DNA of 62,329 nucleotides, the filler included. It is 9 parts of 9 records of this genome, joined end to end, with 100 filler letters (N's around TTAATTAATTAA, not from the genome) between each part and the next. Parts side by side here need not be neighbours in the genome. Positions count along the whole stretch, not along the records: positions 1 to 8,944 come from SRR31147125_35625; positions 9,045 to 14,875 come from SRR31147125_35633; 7 more parts are not named here. One strand, written 5' to 3'. Of this stretch, positions 1-10,123 are shown in pieces. How positions within the stretch are numbered: the stretch's first letter is position 1; each line of letters opens with the position of its first letter. Below the pieces are notes generated by a model. It saw nothing but the letters and a program-made list of their open reading frames with translations. It made no database searches and had not been told where the DNA came from. The position numbers and the translations under genes are program-made.

Positions 1-630
1 TTTACCGGTGTACAGGCGCTTTCAGTCATAGCCCTGATCTCCCTGGGGATAGGTGCGGTCATTATCATTCAGGGGATCTCCATTCTGCCCATGTTCGGTC
101 AGAGCAGCCTGATGTATTCCATTCTGATCATGGTTATCACAAGGGAGCTGGGCCCTCTTCTGACGGCCTTTATCATTACCGCACGATCGGGAAGCGCCAT
201 CACCACCGAGCTGGGTAATATGGTTATATCCCATGAAATGGAAGCCTATCTCTCCATCGGCCTTCATCCTATCTCCTACCTGGGGGTTCCGCGGCTCTAC
301 GGAGTGATCCTGGCGATGCTCTTTCTGAACATTTATTTCAACCTGTTCGGACTGCTGGGATCCTATATGGTGGCCTCGTTTATGCATAACCTCCCTTTTG
401 ACGAGTATCTTGTCAACCTGATCCATGCCCTGACCGTCGGAGATATCCTGTCGGCTCTGCTGAAAAGCATTGTCTTCGGCATTATCATTGCCGTGGTATC
501 CATATACTACGGGTTTGACGTGAAGAGAGCGGTCACGGAAGTCCCCCAGAAAACAATAAAATCCATCGGTATGAGCATTACCCTCTGCATTCTGGCAGAT
601 GCGGTAATCGTTGTTCTGACCCGGTTATAG
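1..630 (+). CDS. mlaE: MlaE-family ABC permease (5' truncated)
   Basis: Frame open from base 1; motifs RELGPLLTAFIITARSGSAITTELGNM and EMEAYLSIGLHP..YLGVPR. Confidence 0.9.
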   Translation, partial: FTGVQALSVIALISLGIGAVIIIQGISILPMFGQSSLMYSILIMVITRELGPLLTAFIITARSGSAITTELGNMVISHEMEAYLSIGLHPISYLGVPRLYGVILAMLFLNIYFNLFGLLGSYMVASFMHNLPFDEYLVNLIHALTVGDILSALLKSIVFGIIIAVVSIYYGFDVKRAVTEVPQKTIKSIGMSITLCILADAVIVVLTRL

Positions 631-639
631 GAGCGGCGG

Positions 640-1404
640 TTGAACTGGTATGATAAACCCCTTGTTTTGAAAAATATCTCGGTCATCGATGACAGGGAGG
701 TTATCGTCGACTCGGTCTCTCTTGAACTGCAGCCGGGAAAGGTCACGGTCATGATGGGGGAGTCGGGCTGCGGCAAATCCACCGTACTCAAAGCGGCGGC
801 CGGTTTGATCCCGATTTCCAGGGGTAAAGTCCTGTACGGGGAAAAGCAGATTTTCAAGATAACCCAGAAAGAATTCAATAAATTACAGCTGAAAACAGGA
901 TTCATGTTTCAGGACGGAGCCCTCTGGGCCAACAAGAACCTGCATGAAAACCTCTCCCTGCCTCTGGTGATCGCCGATCCGGCCTCCTCAAAGCAGCAGA
1001 TCGACGAGAAGGTGAGGAGGGCTCTCAAGCGGTTCGGAATGGAAGAGGATCTGATGAGCCGGCCTGCAGCCCTGTCCGCAGGGGAGCGGAAGATCGTGTC
1101 CTTCCTCCGGGCTGTGATTTCCGAACCGGAAATCCTGTTTCTCGACGAGCCGACCACCTTTATCGACAGAAAGAGTTCTCTGCTTCTGATCAAGCAACTG
1201 TTCCGGTACAAACGCGCCGGGAAGACCATCATCATGGTGACCCACGATCTGAACCTGGCCCGCAGTATCGCCGATTATTTCGTGTTCCTCCATAATGGGA
1301 AGGTCGAGCTGCACGATACGGTGGAAAACTGCATGCAGTCGGAGAATGAACTGTGGATGAGCTTTAAAGAGGATCAGAACCCCGATCAGGAAACAACAGG
1401 TTGA
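640..1404 (+). CDS. mlaF: MlaF-like ABC ATPase
   Basis: Walker A GESGCGKS, FQDGAL Q-loop, LSAGE signature, LFLDEP, VTHD; lies between mlaE and mlaD. Confidence 0.88.
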   Translation: MNWYDKPLVLKNISVIDDREVIVDSVSLELQPGKVTVMMGESGCGKSTVLKAAAGLIPISRGKVLYGEKQIFKITQKEFNKLQLKTGFMFQDGALWANKNLHENLSLPLVIADPASSKQQIDEKVRRALKRFGMEEDLMSRPAALSAGERKIVSFLRAVISEPEILFLDEPTTFIDRKSSLLLIKQLFRYKRAGKTIIMVTHDLNLARSIADYFVFLHNGKVELHDTVENCMQSENELWMSFKEDQNPDQETTG

Positions 1405-1488
1405 AATAATGAATCATTGGAATCATATTATTAAAGAGGCAGCTTTCGGAAAAAACGGATGGAAGGCCCTCGGTACCAGGAAGTGTAA

Positions 1489-2527
1489 ATGAAGTTCGGT
1501 TTCAGACATGCAGATAAATTTGTCGGACTCTTTGTCCTTATAGCCACGCTGTTCGTGGCCGCCGCCGTGGTGGTCACGGGGGTAAACAAACGGTGGTTTG
1601 CCCGGGATTATGAATATGTCACCCGTTTCATCAGCGCCGAAGGGCTGAGTGTGGGAATGGAGGTCCGGCTGAGGGGATTCGAAATCGGCAAGGTGGAAAA
1701 AATTACCCTCAATGACCGGAATCAGGTGGATATGACCCTGGTCATTTACGATACCTATATTCACAAGGCCGTGGCGGGATCGGTGATCGAGTTCGCGGCC
1801 AATCCTCTCGGGGGGGAAACTGAATTTCTATCCGGGGATAGATTCTGAAGAACCGATTCCCGAGTTCAGTTTCATTCCCTCCAATCAGACCGAACAGGGA
1901 AAACAGATGATCGCCGCCGGTCTGGTCGACCGCCCGAAGGGGGAAGATCCGATCAGCGCCATAATGGGCAACATCGAACCGATCCTGACAGACGTGGATC
2001 AGTTGATCCTGACGCTGACGGGGATCCTGAAGCAGGTCGACTCCGCCCTGGCGGGCAACCAGAGCGGTCCCGTCGGCGGTATGCTGGTCAACCTGGAGGA
2101 TGCGACGGGAGAAATCAGCAGCATCCTGCCTGTTGTCGAAGGGATAATGCAGGAAGTACAGAGCATGACCGTTTCCCTGGCCCTGCTGATGAAGCAGCTT
2201 GAAGATCCCACCGGACTGGTGCCCACACTTCTGGATCCCTCCGGCTCCCTGGATACGATCCTCAACGACGACAACGTGCTCTTTGACCAGCTCAATGCCA
2301 TTTTGACGGAGATCTATACCTCACTGGCCAACCTGGCCGTTATGACAGGAGATCTGAAGGGCCTGACGCCCGAGCTGAACACCCTTCTGGACGATGCCTC
2401 GGGCGCCATCCGGGAAGGGGAGAAGGTGCTGGAGGGGCTGTCCAACAATCCGCTGCTGAGAAAGGGGATCTCCGAAGAGGTGGACGCCACGTATCAGCAC
2501 GGCACACTCCGGGATGAGGAATTCTGA
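1489..2527 (+). CDS. mlaD: MlaD/MCE-domain protein, split by a frameshift near 1810-1830
   Basis: ORFs 1489-1848 (TM helix, AEGLSVGMEVRLRGFEIGKVEKI) and 1907-2527 (helical tail ending NNPLLRKG) are joined across a G-run. Confidence 0.8.
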
Positions 2528-3426
2528 TGAAGAGAACAATACCTTTTATGCTTCTGATTGCCATGACATTTCTGTCAGGATGTTCATCCATTCCCAAACA
2601 GGAACGGGTTGTCCGGGTTACGACCGTCCGGAAACAGGCGGCGGTCCTGCTGGAGAGGGGACACGCCGAGTACAGGTGGGACGGCTATGATTCCTCCCTG
2701 AACCAGTACCGGAACGCCCTGCTGCTGGCTTCCTCGGTGGACTGGCAGGAGGGAATTGTCCGCAGCCTGATCCATATCAGCCGCAGTCTGGACCGTCTGG
2801 GGCGGACGGATGAGGCGTTTGCCCATGTCACCGCTGCTTCCGAGCTTCTGGAAGAGGGCTCTCCCGCGGAACTGCGGGTTCTGGTTCTGAACCGGACGGC
2901 GGAATGGTACTTCTTTCAGGAAAATATGAAAGAGGCCGGGGCTGCTGTTGAAGAAGCGCTCACAGCAGGAGAGGGAATCGCTTCCCAGGAAGCTGGTGAG
3001 ACCTGGCGGATCAAGGCCGCCCTGCATAAACGAACCGGAGAGTATGATCAGGCACTGGCTGCGGCTGACGGGGCCGTCGTTCTGGATGAAAAGGGCGGTT
3101 TTATCGCCGAGCTGGCCAGCGACTACTATATACGGGCCTCCGTTCTTTCTCTGTCGGGAGATTCCGAAGGAGCCGCCGCTTCCATGAAGCTGGCTCTGGA
3201 AAAAGATAAATTCATTGAAAATACACCGGGAATCGCACAGGATTTATACGGATTGGGACGAATTTATGAAAAAGCGGGGGATCGGGAAAATGCGATCCTC
3301 TATTTTAAACGCTCCTATCTTGTATACAAGGGGAGCGGGCGGGGGGAAGTCCCCGAAAAAATCACAAAATCTCTTGAAACCCTGACAGGCCGGTCCTGGT
3401 GGATAAGCGAAACTGACAAGCTCTGA
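2527..3426 (+). CDS. TPR-repeat lipoprotein
   Basis: Lipobox LSGC; TPR-like helical repeats; translationally coupled to mlaD (TGATG). Confidence 0.75.
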   Translation: MKRTIPFMLLIAMTFLSGCSSIPKQERVVRVTTVRKQAAVLLERGHAEYRWDGYDSSLNQYRNALLLASSVDWQEGIVRSLIHISRSLDRLGRTDEAFAHVTAASELLEEGSPAELRVLVLNRTAEWYFFQENMKEAGAAVEEALTAGEGIASQEAGETWRIKAALHKRTGEYDQALAAADGAVVLDEKGGFIAELASDYYIRASVLSLSGDSEGAAASMKLALEKDKFIENTPGIAQDLYGLGRIYEKAGDRENAILYFKRSYLVYKGSGRGEVPEKITKSLETLTGRSWWISETDKL

Positions 3427-3498
3427 TATATTGTCACGATAATTTATCTCAGGTAATATAAAACCAAACACAAATACTTTTTAAAAGGATTCACAGAT

Positions 3499-5657
3499 AT
3501 GTTTGGTTTTATCGTAATCGTTGTGATCGGCGCGCTTGCTTTTGCGGCCCTGAATTACAGCGCAGTCAAGAAAAAAGACGCCGGTACACAGCAGATGCAG
3601 GACATCGCCGGTGCAATTCAGGAAGGGGCGGATGCTTTTCTCCGCCATGAGTACAGGCTGATACTTAAAATTGTGGTACTCATTGCTGTCCTCCTCCTGG
3701 TTGTTGTTTCCTGGTACGCCAGTGTGGCTTTCATATTGGGAACCGTCATGAGCGCCAGCGCCGGATGGATCGGTATGAAGATTGCCACTATTTCCAATGT
3801 CAGGGTCTCCAATACAGCCCGGAACACCAGAAGCATCGGCGCCACTCTGAAAGTCGCCTTTCAGGGGGGAGTGTCATGGGGCTCTGTGTCGGCGGTTTTT
3901 CCCTGCTGGGACTGGCCATCGTATACTATGTGTTCGGTGTCCTTCTGGGACAGACGGAACCCGGCCACCTGAAGATCGTGACCAACTGGCTCGGCATCAA
4001 CGATATCCCCTTTACCATGTCCGTATCGGGTTACGCCCTGGGATGTTCCATCATCGCCATGTTCAACCGTGTCGGCGGCGGTATTTATACCAAAGCGGCC
4101 GATATGGGAGCCGACCTTGTCGGTAAGACCGAAGCCGGAATCCCCGAAGACGATCCGAGAAACCCCGCCACCATTGCCGACAACGTCGGTGACAACGTGG
4201 GTGACGTGGCCGGTCTGGGATCGGACCTTCTGGAAAGTTTTGTGGGTGCCGTCATCTCCGCCATGGTCCTGGCCTCCTATCTCTACTTTTCCCGCGGGCA
4301 TTCGGACAATCCCGTATCGGGAGAACTGGTCACCAAACTGATCACCTACCCGATCTTTTTCGCTGCCGCGGGTCTGGTTTCCTCTATGCTGGGGATCATC
4401 TCCCTGCTGAAAAGCAAGGTATCCGACCGGCCCCACCGGGAGCTGAACAAAGCCACCTTTATTGCCGCCGGCCTGACTATTGTGATCAACGGTGTGCTGA
4501 CCTGGTTTGTTTTCCGGGACATGGACCTTACTTCCGCCGGTTTCAATCTGGGCGCTCTGTCTCCCTGGGTCTGCGCCGTACTGGGTGTCATCAGCGGCAT
4601 CCTGATCGGACAGATGGCCGAACGGTATACCAGTTATGATTTCAAGCCCACCAAAGGGATTGCCGCCGCTTCCAAGGAAGGCCCCGCCCTGACCATTACC
4701 CAGGGTATGGCCGTTGGTATGAAGTCCGTAATCGCTCCTGTCATAACTCTGGGTGTTGCGATCATCGCCGCTCACTCCACAGCAGGACTCTACGGTGTGG
4801 CCATGGCTGCCATCGGTATGCTCTCATTTGTTACCATGACCGTTTCGGTTGATACCTACGGCCCCATCGCGGACAATGCCGGGGGAATCAGCGAGATGTC
4901 CCATCTGGATCCCGAAGTCCGCGAGATCACCGATGAGCTGGACGCCGTGGGCAACACCACCGCCGCTATCGGAAAAGGTTTTGCCATCGGTTCAGCCGCT
5001 CTGGCAGCTCTTTCTCTCTTCGCTTCCTACCTGTATGCACAGGCGGGCGAGGCGGCCGCCGACGGGGTCAATCTGGTGCTGAATATGATCAACACCATGA
5101 CACTGGCGGGTGCCCTTGTGGGTGCGGCGCTTCCCTATCTGTTCTCAGGCATCCTGATTGAATCCGTTGCCAATGCCGCACGGAGCATGGTGCAGGAAGT
5201 ACGCCGTCAGTTTACCGACAAACCCGGTATCCTGACAGGTGAAGAAACTCCCGACTACAGAGAGTGTATCTCCATCTCTTCCGCAGGCGCCCTGCGGGAG
5301 ATGAAACTCCCGGCCCTGCTGTCGGTTGCCACCCCCCTGCTGAGCGGTTTCATCTTCGGTCCCGAGTTTGTCGGCGGCCTGCTGATCGGAACCACCCTCA
5401 GCGCCATCATGCTGGCCCTTTATACCGCCAATGCGGGCGGTGCCTGGGACAACGGAAAGAAATATATTGAGAACGGTCATTACGGAGGTAAAGGCTCCGA
5501 TGCCCACAGCGCCGCTGTTATTGGCGATACCGTTGGGGATCCCCTGAAAGATACGGTCGGCCCCTCGCTGGACATCCTTATCAAGATCATGTCCGTGATT
5601 TCTCTTATTTCCGTTTCCATATTCGGAAAGTACAATCTTTTTTCCTTGTTGAACTGA
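3499..5657 (+). CDS. hppA: Membrane-integral pyrophosphatase, K+-dependent and probably Na+-pumping; frameshift near 3864-3870
   Basis: Motifs KAADMGADLVGKTE, IADNVGDNVGDVAG, DAVGNTTAAIGKG, GGAWDNGKK, GDTVGDPLKDT; N-terminus in ORF 3499-3972. Confidence 0.93.
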
Positions 5658-5694
5658 GTATTACCAGACTTATACTTAAACTAAGGGGGCGGCT

Positions 5695-6465
5695 ATGGCT
5701 GTACATTATTATCTGACTGTTTTTCCTATGGAAGCAATGGTGGCGTCTCAGCTTGACCCGGAGCATTTTGCATCGTATATGGCTCTGGGAGACAGAAAAG
5801 CTGCAGCGGAACAATTGATGTTTATTGAAGTGGAAGGAGGTTTCGGCGACTATTTTGACTGGGAATATGCTGAGAAAAAGTGTGTTCCCCATTCAGACGG
5901 AAGACCGAAAAACTCTCTTTATCTCTCTGTATACCGGGTGCTGGAGAACGTTCCCCTGGATGCACTGGGAACAATCTACCTGGTGACAAAGGACGGACGG
6001 TCCCTGCCGATTGAAAAACAGGAGTACACTCCGCCGGTGGACTGGGCCGGATACTCTCTCTACAGAGAGTACTGCCCCATGTCTCCTCTGGCGGTCAGTA
6101 CTCTGAATCCGAAAAATTACGGGGAGTATATGACCGATCCGGTGAACAAGGTGCATGTACCGTCCATCATGTTCGCCGATCTGAAAATGGGCGACCTGGA
6201 TGATATCGAAAATACCGGAAACGTCGGTCAGATCTACGACCGGAATCTGGATCATCTGAGAGACTGTGTGAGGTCCCTTAAGGCCGGAACCCGGAAGATG
6301 ACAAAGATCGTCGACCGGTCAAACTTCAGTGCCTCGTTCTATCAGATTATTGATAACGGGCTCTATGTTGCCGGCGGGGAGGGGATCGTCATGTATCCCA
6401 TGCCCGACAGGGATGCTCTCAAGAAGATTGATTATGACTGGGGCCGATCGGCTCTGATCTTCTGA
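5695..6465 (+). CDS. Conserved hypothetical protein
   Basis: 256-aa ORF with G-rich RBS-like sequence, directly after hppA and before a terminator; no motif recognised. Confidence 0.75.
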   Translation: MAVHYYLTVFPMEAMVASQLDPEHFASYMALGDRKAAAEQLMFIEVEGGFGDYFDWEYAEKKCVPHSDGRPKNSLYLSVYRVLENVPLDALGTIYLVTKDGRSLPIEKQEYTPPVDWAGYSLYREYCPMSPLAVSTLNPKNYGEYMTDPVNKVHVPSIMFADLKMGDLDDIENTGNVGQIYDRNLDHLRDCVRSLKAGTRKMTKIVDRSNFSASFYQIIDNGLYVAGGEGIVMYPMPDRDALKKIDYDWGRSALIF

Positions 6466-6483
6466 TCGTTTCACGATTGAATG

Positions 6484-6513
6484 AAACCGGTTCCTCAGGG
6501 GACCGGTTTTTTT
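6484..6513 (+). terminator. Rho-independent terminator
   Basis: Stem-loop AAACCGGTTCC...GGACCGGTTT followed by a T-run. Confidence 0.85.
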
Positions 6514-6601
6514 AACGATTGTATACCGCCGGGGAATGGGATAGAATCAGAAATACCCGCTGCGCCGGGCTGATATCAATATTGAACATCGGAAAGGGAT
6601 T

Positions 6602-7723
6602 ATGGAACTACACAAGGAAATCGCATTTATCAGGAATCTCCTGCTGCTTCTGGTCGGGATAGCGGGGCTGATGATCCTCAAAAATCTGTCGGGAATCCTG
6701 CTTCCCCTGGTTCTGGCACTGCTGCTTTCGGTCATCTATCTCCCGGTTGTTCTCTATCTGGAGGGGAAACGGATTCCCCGGAAACTGATCGTCACATTCA
6801 TTGCCGTTCTGACCCTGGGCGTGGTCTACACGGTGGCCAATATATTCATTACAACCATCGATGAAATTTTCAGCCAGTCCGATTTCCTTCTGGGACAGCT
6901 TACGGGCAAGTTCATACTCCTGGCGGAGTCGCTTTCCCGGATTCCCTACCTAGACCTGGAACCGGATATGGATACGGTTCAGAGGGTTCTGAATCAGGTG
7001 CTGAATCCCGATGTTATCACCTCCGCCGCCAGCTCCATCCTGAAAGGGGCCGGCAGTTTCGGTTCCTCCTTTCTGATGTTCACCCTGTACTTCCTGTTCC
7101 TTCTTCCGGGGCTCTCCCACTACAAAAGCTATCTTCAGTATGTGGGGGGACGGAATGTCTCCATCCTGGACGATTACGAGATCATGCAGAACAACATCTC
7201 GACCTATATGGGAATCAAAACGATTATCAGTCTCTGTACGGGAACCATCGCAGGGCTGGTCTGCTGGATGCTGGGGCTTAAATTCCCCTTCTTCTGGGGA
7301 TTCATGTCCTTTGTCCTGAATTTCATTCCATCCATCGGCTCCATCATTGCCACTCTCCTGCCGACCCTGATGGGGCTGGTTCAGTTCGATACCTTCAAGG
7401 AGGTCTTCTTTCTGATGATGCTTCTGGGAGTGAATCAGATGCTCATCGGGAATGTGATTGATCCGAGGATCATGGGCAACCGGCTCCGCCTCAATACGGT
7501 CACTGTCCTGTTCGGATTGGTTTTCTGGGGGGTTATCTGGGGAGTCCCGGGAATGCTGATGTCCGTTCCCCTGATGGTGACCTTGAAGCTGTTGCTCGAA
7601 AAATCCGAGACCTGGAGCATTATCGCCCGGATCATGGGATATCCGGAGAAGCAGAGCCGTCCTGCCGGACGCAGACGGGGCCGCAGAAAACCGCGGCAGA
7701 AGGACGAGAGCGGAGCGGATTGA
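6602..7723 (+). CDS. AI-2E family (UPF0118) transporter
   Basis: Multi-TM protein; LNFIPSIGS, GNVIDPRIMG, FWGVIWGVPGMLMSVP. Confidence 0.88.
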   Translation: MELHKEIAFIRNLLLLLVGIAGLMILKNLSGILLPLVLALLLSVIYLPVVLYLEGKRIPRKLIVTFIAVLTLGVVYTVANIFITTIDEIFSQSDFLLGQLTGKFILLAESLSRIPYLDLEPDMDTVQRVLNQVLNPDVITSAASSILKGAGSFGSSFLMFTLYFLFLLPGLSHYKSYLQYVGGRNVSILDDYEIMQNNISTYMGIKTIISLCTGTIAGLVCWMLGLKFPFFWGFMSFVLNFIPSIGSIIATLLPTLMGLVQFDTFKEVFFLMMLLGVNQMLIGNVIDPRIMGNRLRLNTVTVLFGLVFWGVIWGVPGMLMSVPLMVTLKLLLEKSETWSIIARIMGYPEKQSRPAGRRRGRRKPRQKDESGAD

Positions 7724-7800
7724 CTCCCGTTCCGGCGTTGTCACGGACCGCATTTTTCGGGTATTATTAACTCAAATAAAAATGAATCCGGAGAAGAATT

Positions 7801-8814
7801 ATGACCATCGATTCACTGTATGAGAAGCTGAATAAAATCCATTTCGGAGAGATGCCGGAGGAGCCCCTGAGGAACCTCTGTGAGCACTATTTTCCAGTCA
7901 TTCAGGAGATCGAAGAACTGAAAAAGGAGACGGGCACGGTCATTCTGGCCCATTCCTATGTCAAATCCAACATTATCTACTCTGTGTCCGATTATGTGGG
8001 AGACTCATACGGTCTGAGCAGGGATGCCGTCAATGCTTCTCAGGATAGAATTATTTTCGCCGCGGTCCGGTTTATGGGCGAAACCGCAAAGATTCTGAAT
8101 CCCCATAAGGATGTGTTTGTCCCCGGGACCGATCCCGGCTGTACCCTGGCGGACAGTATCACGGCGGAAGATGTCCGGCGGCTGAAAAAAGAAAATCCGG
8201 ATTACTCATTCATCTGCTATATCAATACCACCGCGGAGGTCAAGGCGGAGTGCGATGCCTGTGTGACGTCTGCCAATGTATACGATATTGTGGAAAAATA
8301 CCCTTCCGAGAGGATCTTCTTTGTTCCCGACCGTCTGATGGGTCAGAATATCATCGAAGAGATGGAGCGGCGCGGGGTCCGGAAGGATATAAAAATCTGG
8401 ACCGGAAGCTGCTATGTGCATGAAGAGTATGATCCGTCACTGGTTAAAGCCCTTAAGATGAAATACGACGATCTGAAGGTGATGGTGCACCCCGAATGCG
8501 GCCCCTCCGTACTGGCAGAAGCGGATTTCGTGGGCAGTACCTCTCAGTTGTATAATTATATAAAGGAACAGGATGCCGGTCATTATCTGATGCTGACAGA
8601 ATGCGGACTGATCTCCCGGATTGAAGCGGAAATGCCCGGCAGGAACTTTGTCGGGACCTGTTCTCTCTGCAAATACATGAAATCCAATACCCTGGATGAC
8701 ATTCTCCGGGTTCTGAAAAATCCTGAAGAGAAGGACACGGTCCGTATCGCACCGGATGTACAGGACCGGGCTCTGAAATGCATCAATCGGATGTTTGAAA
8801 TAGCAGAATCCTGA
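7801..8814 (+). CDS. nadA: Quinolinate synthase A
   Basis: ILAHSY, VGDSYGL, RFMGETAKILNP, GCTLAD, CYINT, CYVH, HPEC, CKYMK. Confidence 0.93.
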   Translation: MTIDSLYEKLNKIHFGEMPEEPLRNLCEHYFPVIQEIEELKKETGTVILAHSYVKSNIIYSVSDYVGDSYGLSRDAVNASQDRIIFAAVRFMGETAKILNPHKDVFVPGTDPGCTLADSITAEDVRRLKKENPDYSFICYINTTAEVKAECDACVTSANVYDIVEKYPSERIFFVPDRLMGQNIIEEMERRGVRKDIKIWTGSCYVHEEYDPSLVKALKMKYDDLKVMVHPECGPSVLAEADFVGSTSQLYNYIKEQDAGHYLMLTECGLISRIEAEMPGRNFVGTCSLCKYMKSNTLDDILRVLKNPEEKDTVRIAPDVQDRALKCINRMFEIAES

Positions 8815-8944
8815 TTTCCCCGCACCCCGGCGGAGGGTCGGCAGAAAGGCGCCGCCGGGATTAAACAGGGTAGGACATCATACCTGTTCTTCGTGGTGCA
8901 TTTTGACTTTCAATCGGTTCAGCAGGGTCGAACTGTACCGGTCC

Positions 8945-9044
8945 NNNNNNNNNNNNNNNNNNNNNNNNNNNNNNNNNNNNNNNNNNNNTTAATTAATTAA
9001 NNNNNNNNNNNNNNNNNNNNNNNNNNNNNNNNNNNNNNNNNNNN
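8945..9044. other. Artificial contig spacer; identical spacers at 14876-14975, 21448-21547, 29050-29149, 34348-34447, 41092-41191, 50494-50593, 55602-55701
   Basis: N44-TTAATTAATTAA-N44, with stops in all six frames; gene content and composition change across each one. Confidence 0.97.
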
Positions 9045-9354
9045 ACAATCGAAACGCGTAGAAGCCCGAAAAATTCTGGAACAAATGGCTGAACTTTCAC
9101 CAGGCGGTAAAAAGTTGTTTGTGGAATTCGATGGAAAATGTAATGCCGGGGTATTTGCCAAAGAAGGTAAATCAATAAGGCAAACGAATCGCAAAGGGAG
9201 TCGGGCTTGCCCAAGTCCGACAATTTTACGTCAGCTTAAAAAGGTTAAAGCCTCAAAAACAACTTGTCATTGGCAACTACACAAAGTAATCCCAAATATT
9301 ACCTCTTGTACAACTACCTCAAAATCCGTAAATTGATATATAAAATCAATTTAC

Positions 9355-10123
9355 ATGGGAGAACTCTACAAACTGGTTAGTAAATGCATCGAACAAAACA
9401 TCCCGGCTGCTTTGTGTATTATTGTGCAAATCCAAGGTTCTACTCCCCGAAAAGCCGGAGCCAAAATGCTGGTTTTTGCCGATGGAAAAACAGAAGGGAC
9501 CATTGGAGGAGGTGCTCTTGAACAAAAAATTCGCGAACAGGCAATGCTGGCAATTGAAAATGGCAAACCACTATTCTTTCATCATCACCTTGGTTCCGAC
9601 CATAAAATGTCGTGCGGCGGAAGCACCGATGTATACATTGAACCAATTGGCATAAGAAACAAACTCATAATTTTCGGGGCTGGCCACATTGGAAAAAAAC
9701 TTGCCGAAGAAGCTGCAAGACTTCAGTTTGCCGTAACAGTGATTGATGAGCGCGAAGAAATATGCAATCAGCTTACCCGCCCCGATATAAAAGTAATTGC
9801 CAAAAACTACAAGGAAGCTTTTTCTGAAATCGTTTTCGACAAACGAACCTTCGTGGCAAGTATAAGCCACAATCACGAATACGACCGCAATATTGTTGCC
9901 TTTTGCGCCCGGCAACCACACGCATATTTGGGTATGATTGGCAGCAAAAAGAAAATTGAAACTACCCGGAAAATTTTCCCAACAAAATATATTGACAGAA
10001 GAAGAAATGCTGAAAATTGACTGGCCCATGGGCGTTGACATTGCCTGTCAAACTCCTGATGAGATAGTCGTTTCCATTTTGGCAAAACTAATTGATGTGC
10101 GGGGAAAACTGATTGAAAGATGA
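9355..10123 (+). CDS. xdhC: Xanthine dehydrogenase accessory factor XdhC; frameshift near 9970-9990
   Basis: GSTPRKAGAKM, GTIGGG, MSCGG, IFGAGHIG, YLGMIGSKKK; C-terminus PMGVDIACQTPDEI in ORF 9938-10123. Confidence 0.88.

Noticed and set aside
3861-4775. Long antisense ORFs (also 6950-7753, 26595-27263, 34955-35623, 60092-60679)
   Set aside because: Shadows of well-supported genes on the opposite strand, with no motifs
8989-9000. Repeated TTAATTAATTAA as a biological repeat or CRISPR
   Set aside because: Always centred in N-runs; it is a synthetic all-frame stop linker
9045-9336. ORF fragment upstream of xdhC
   Set aside because: Truncated and probably frameshifted; no family recognised
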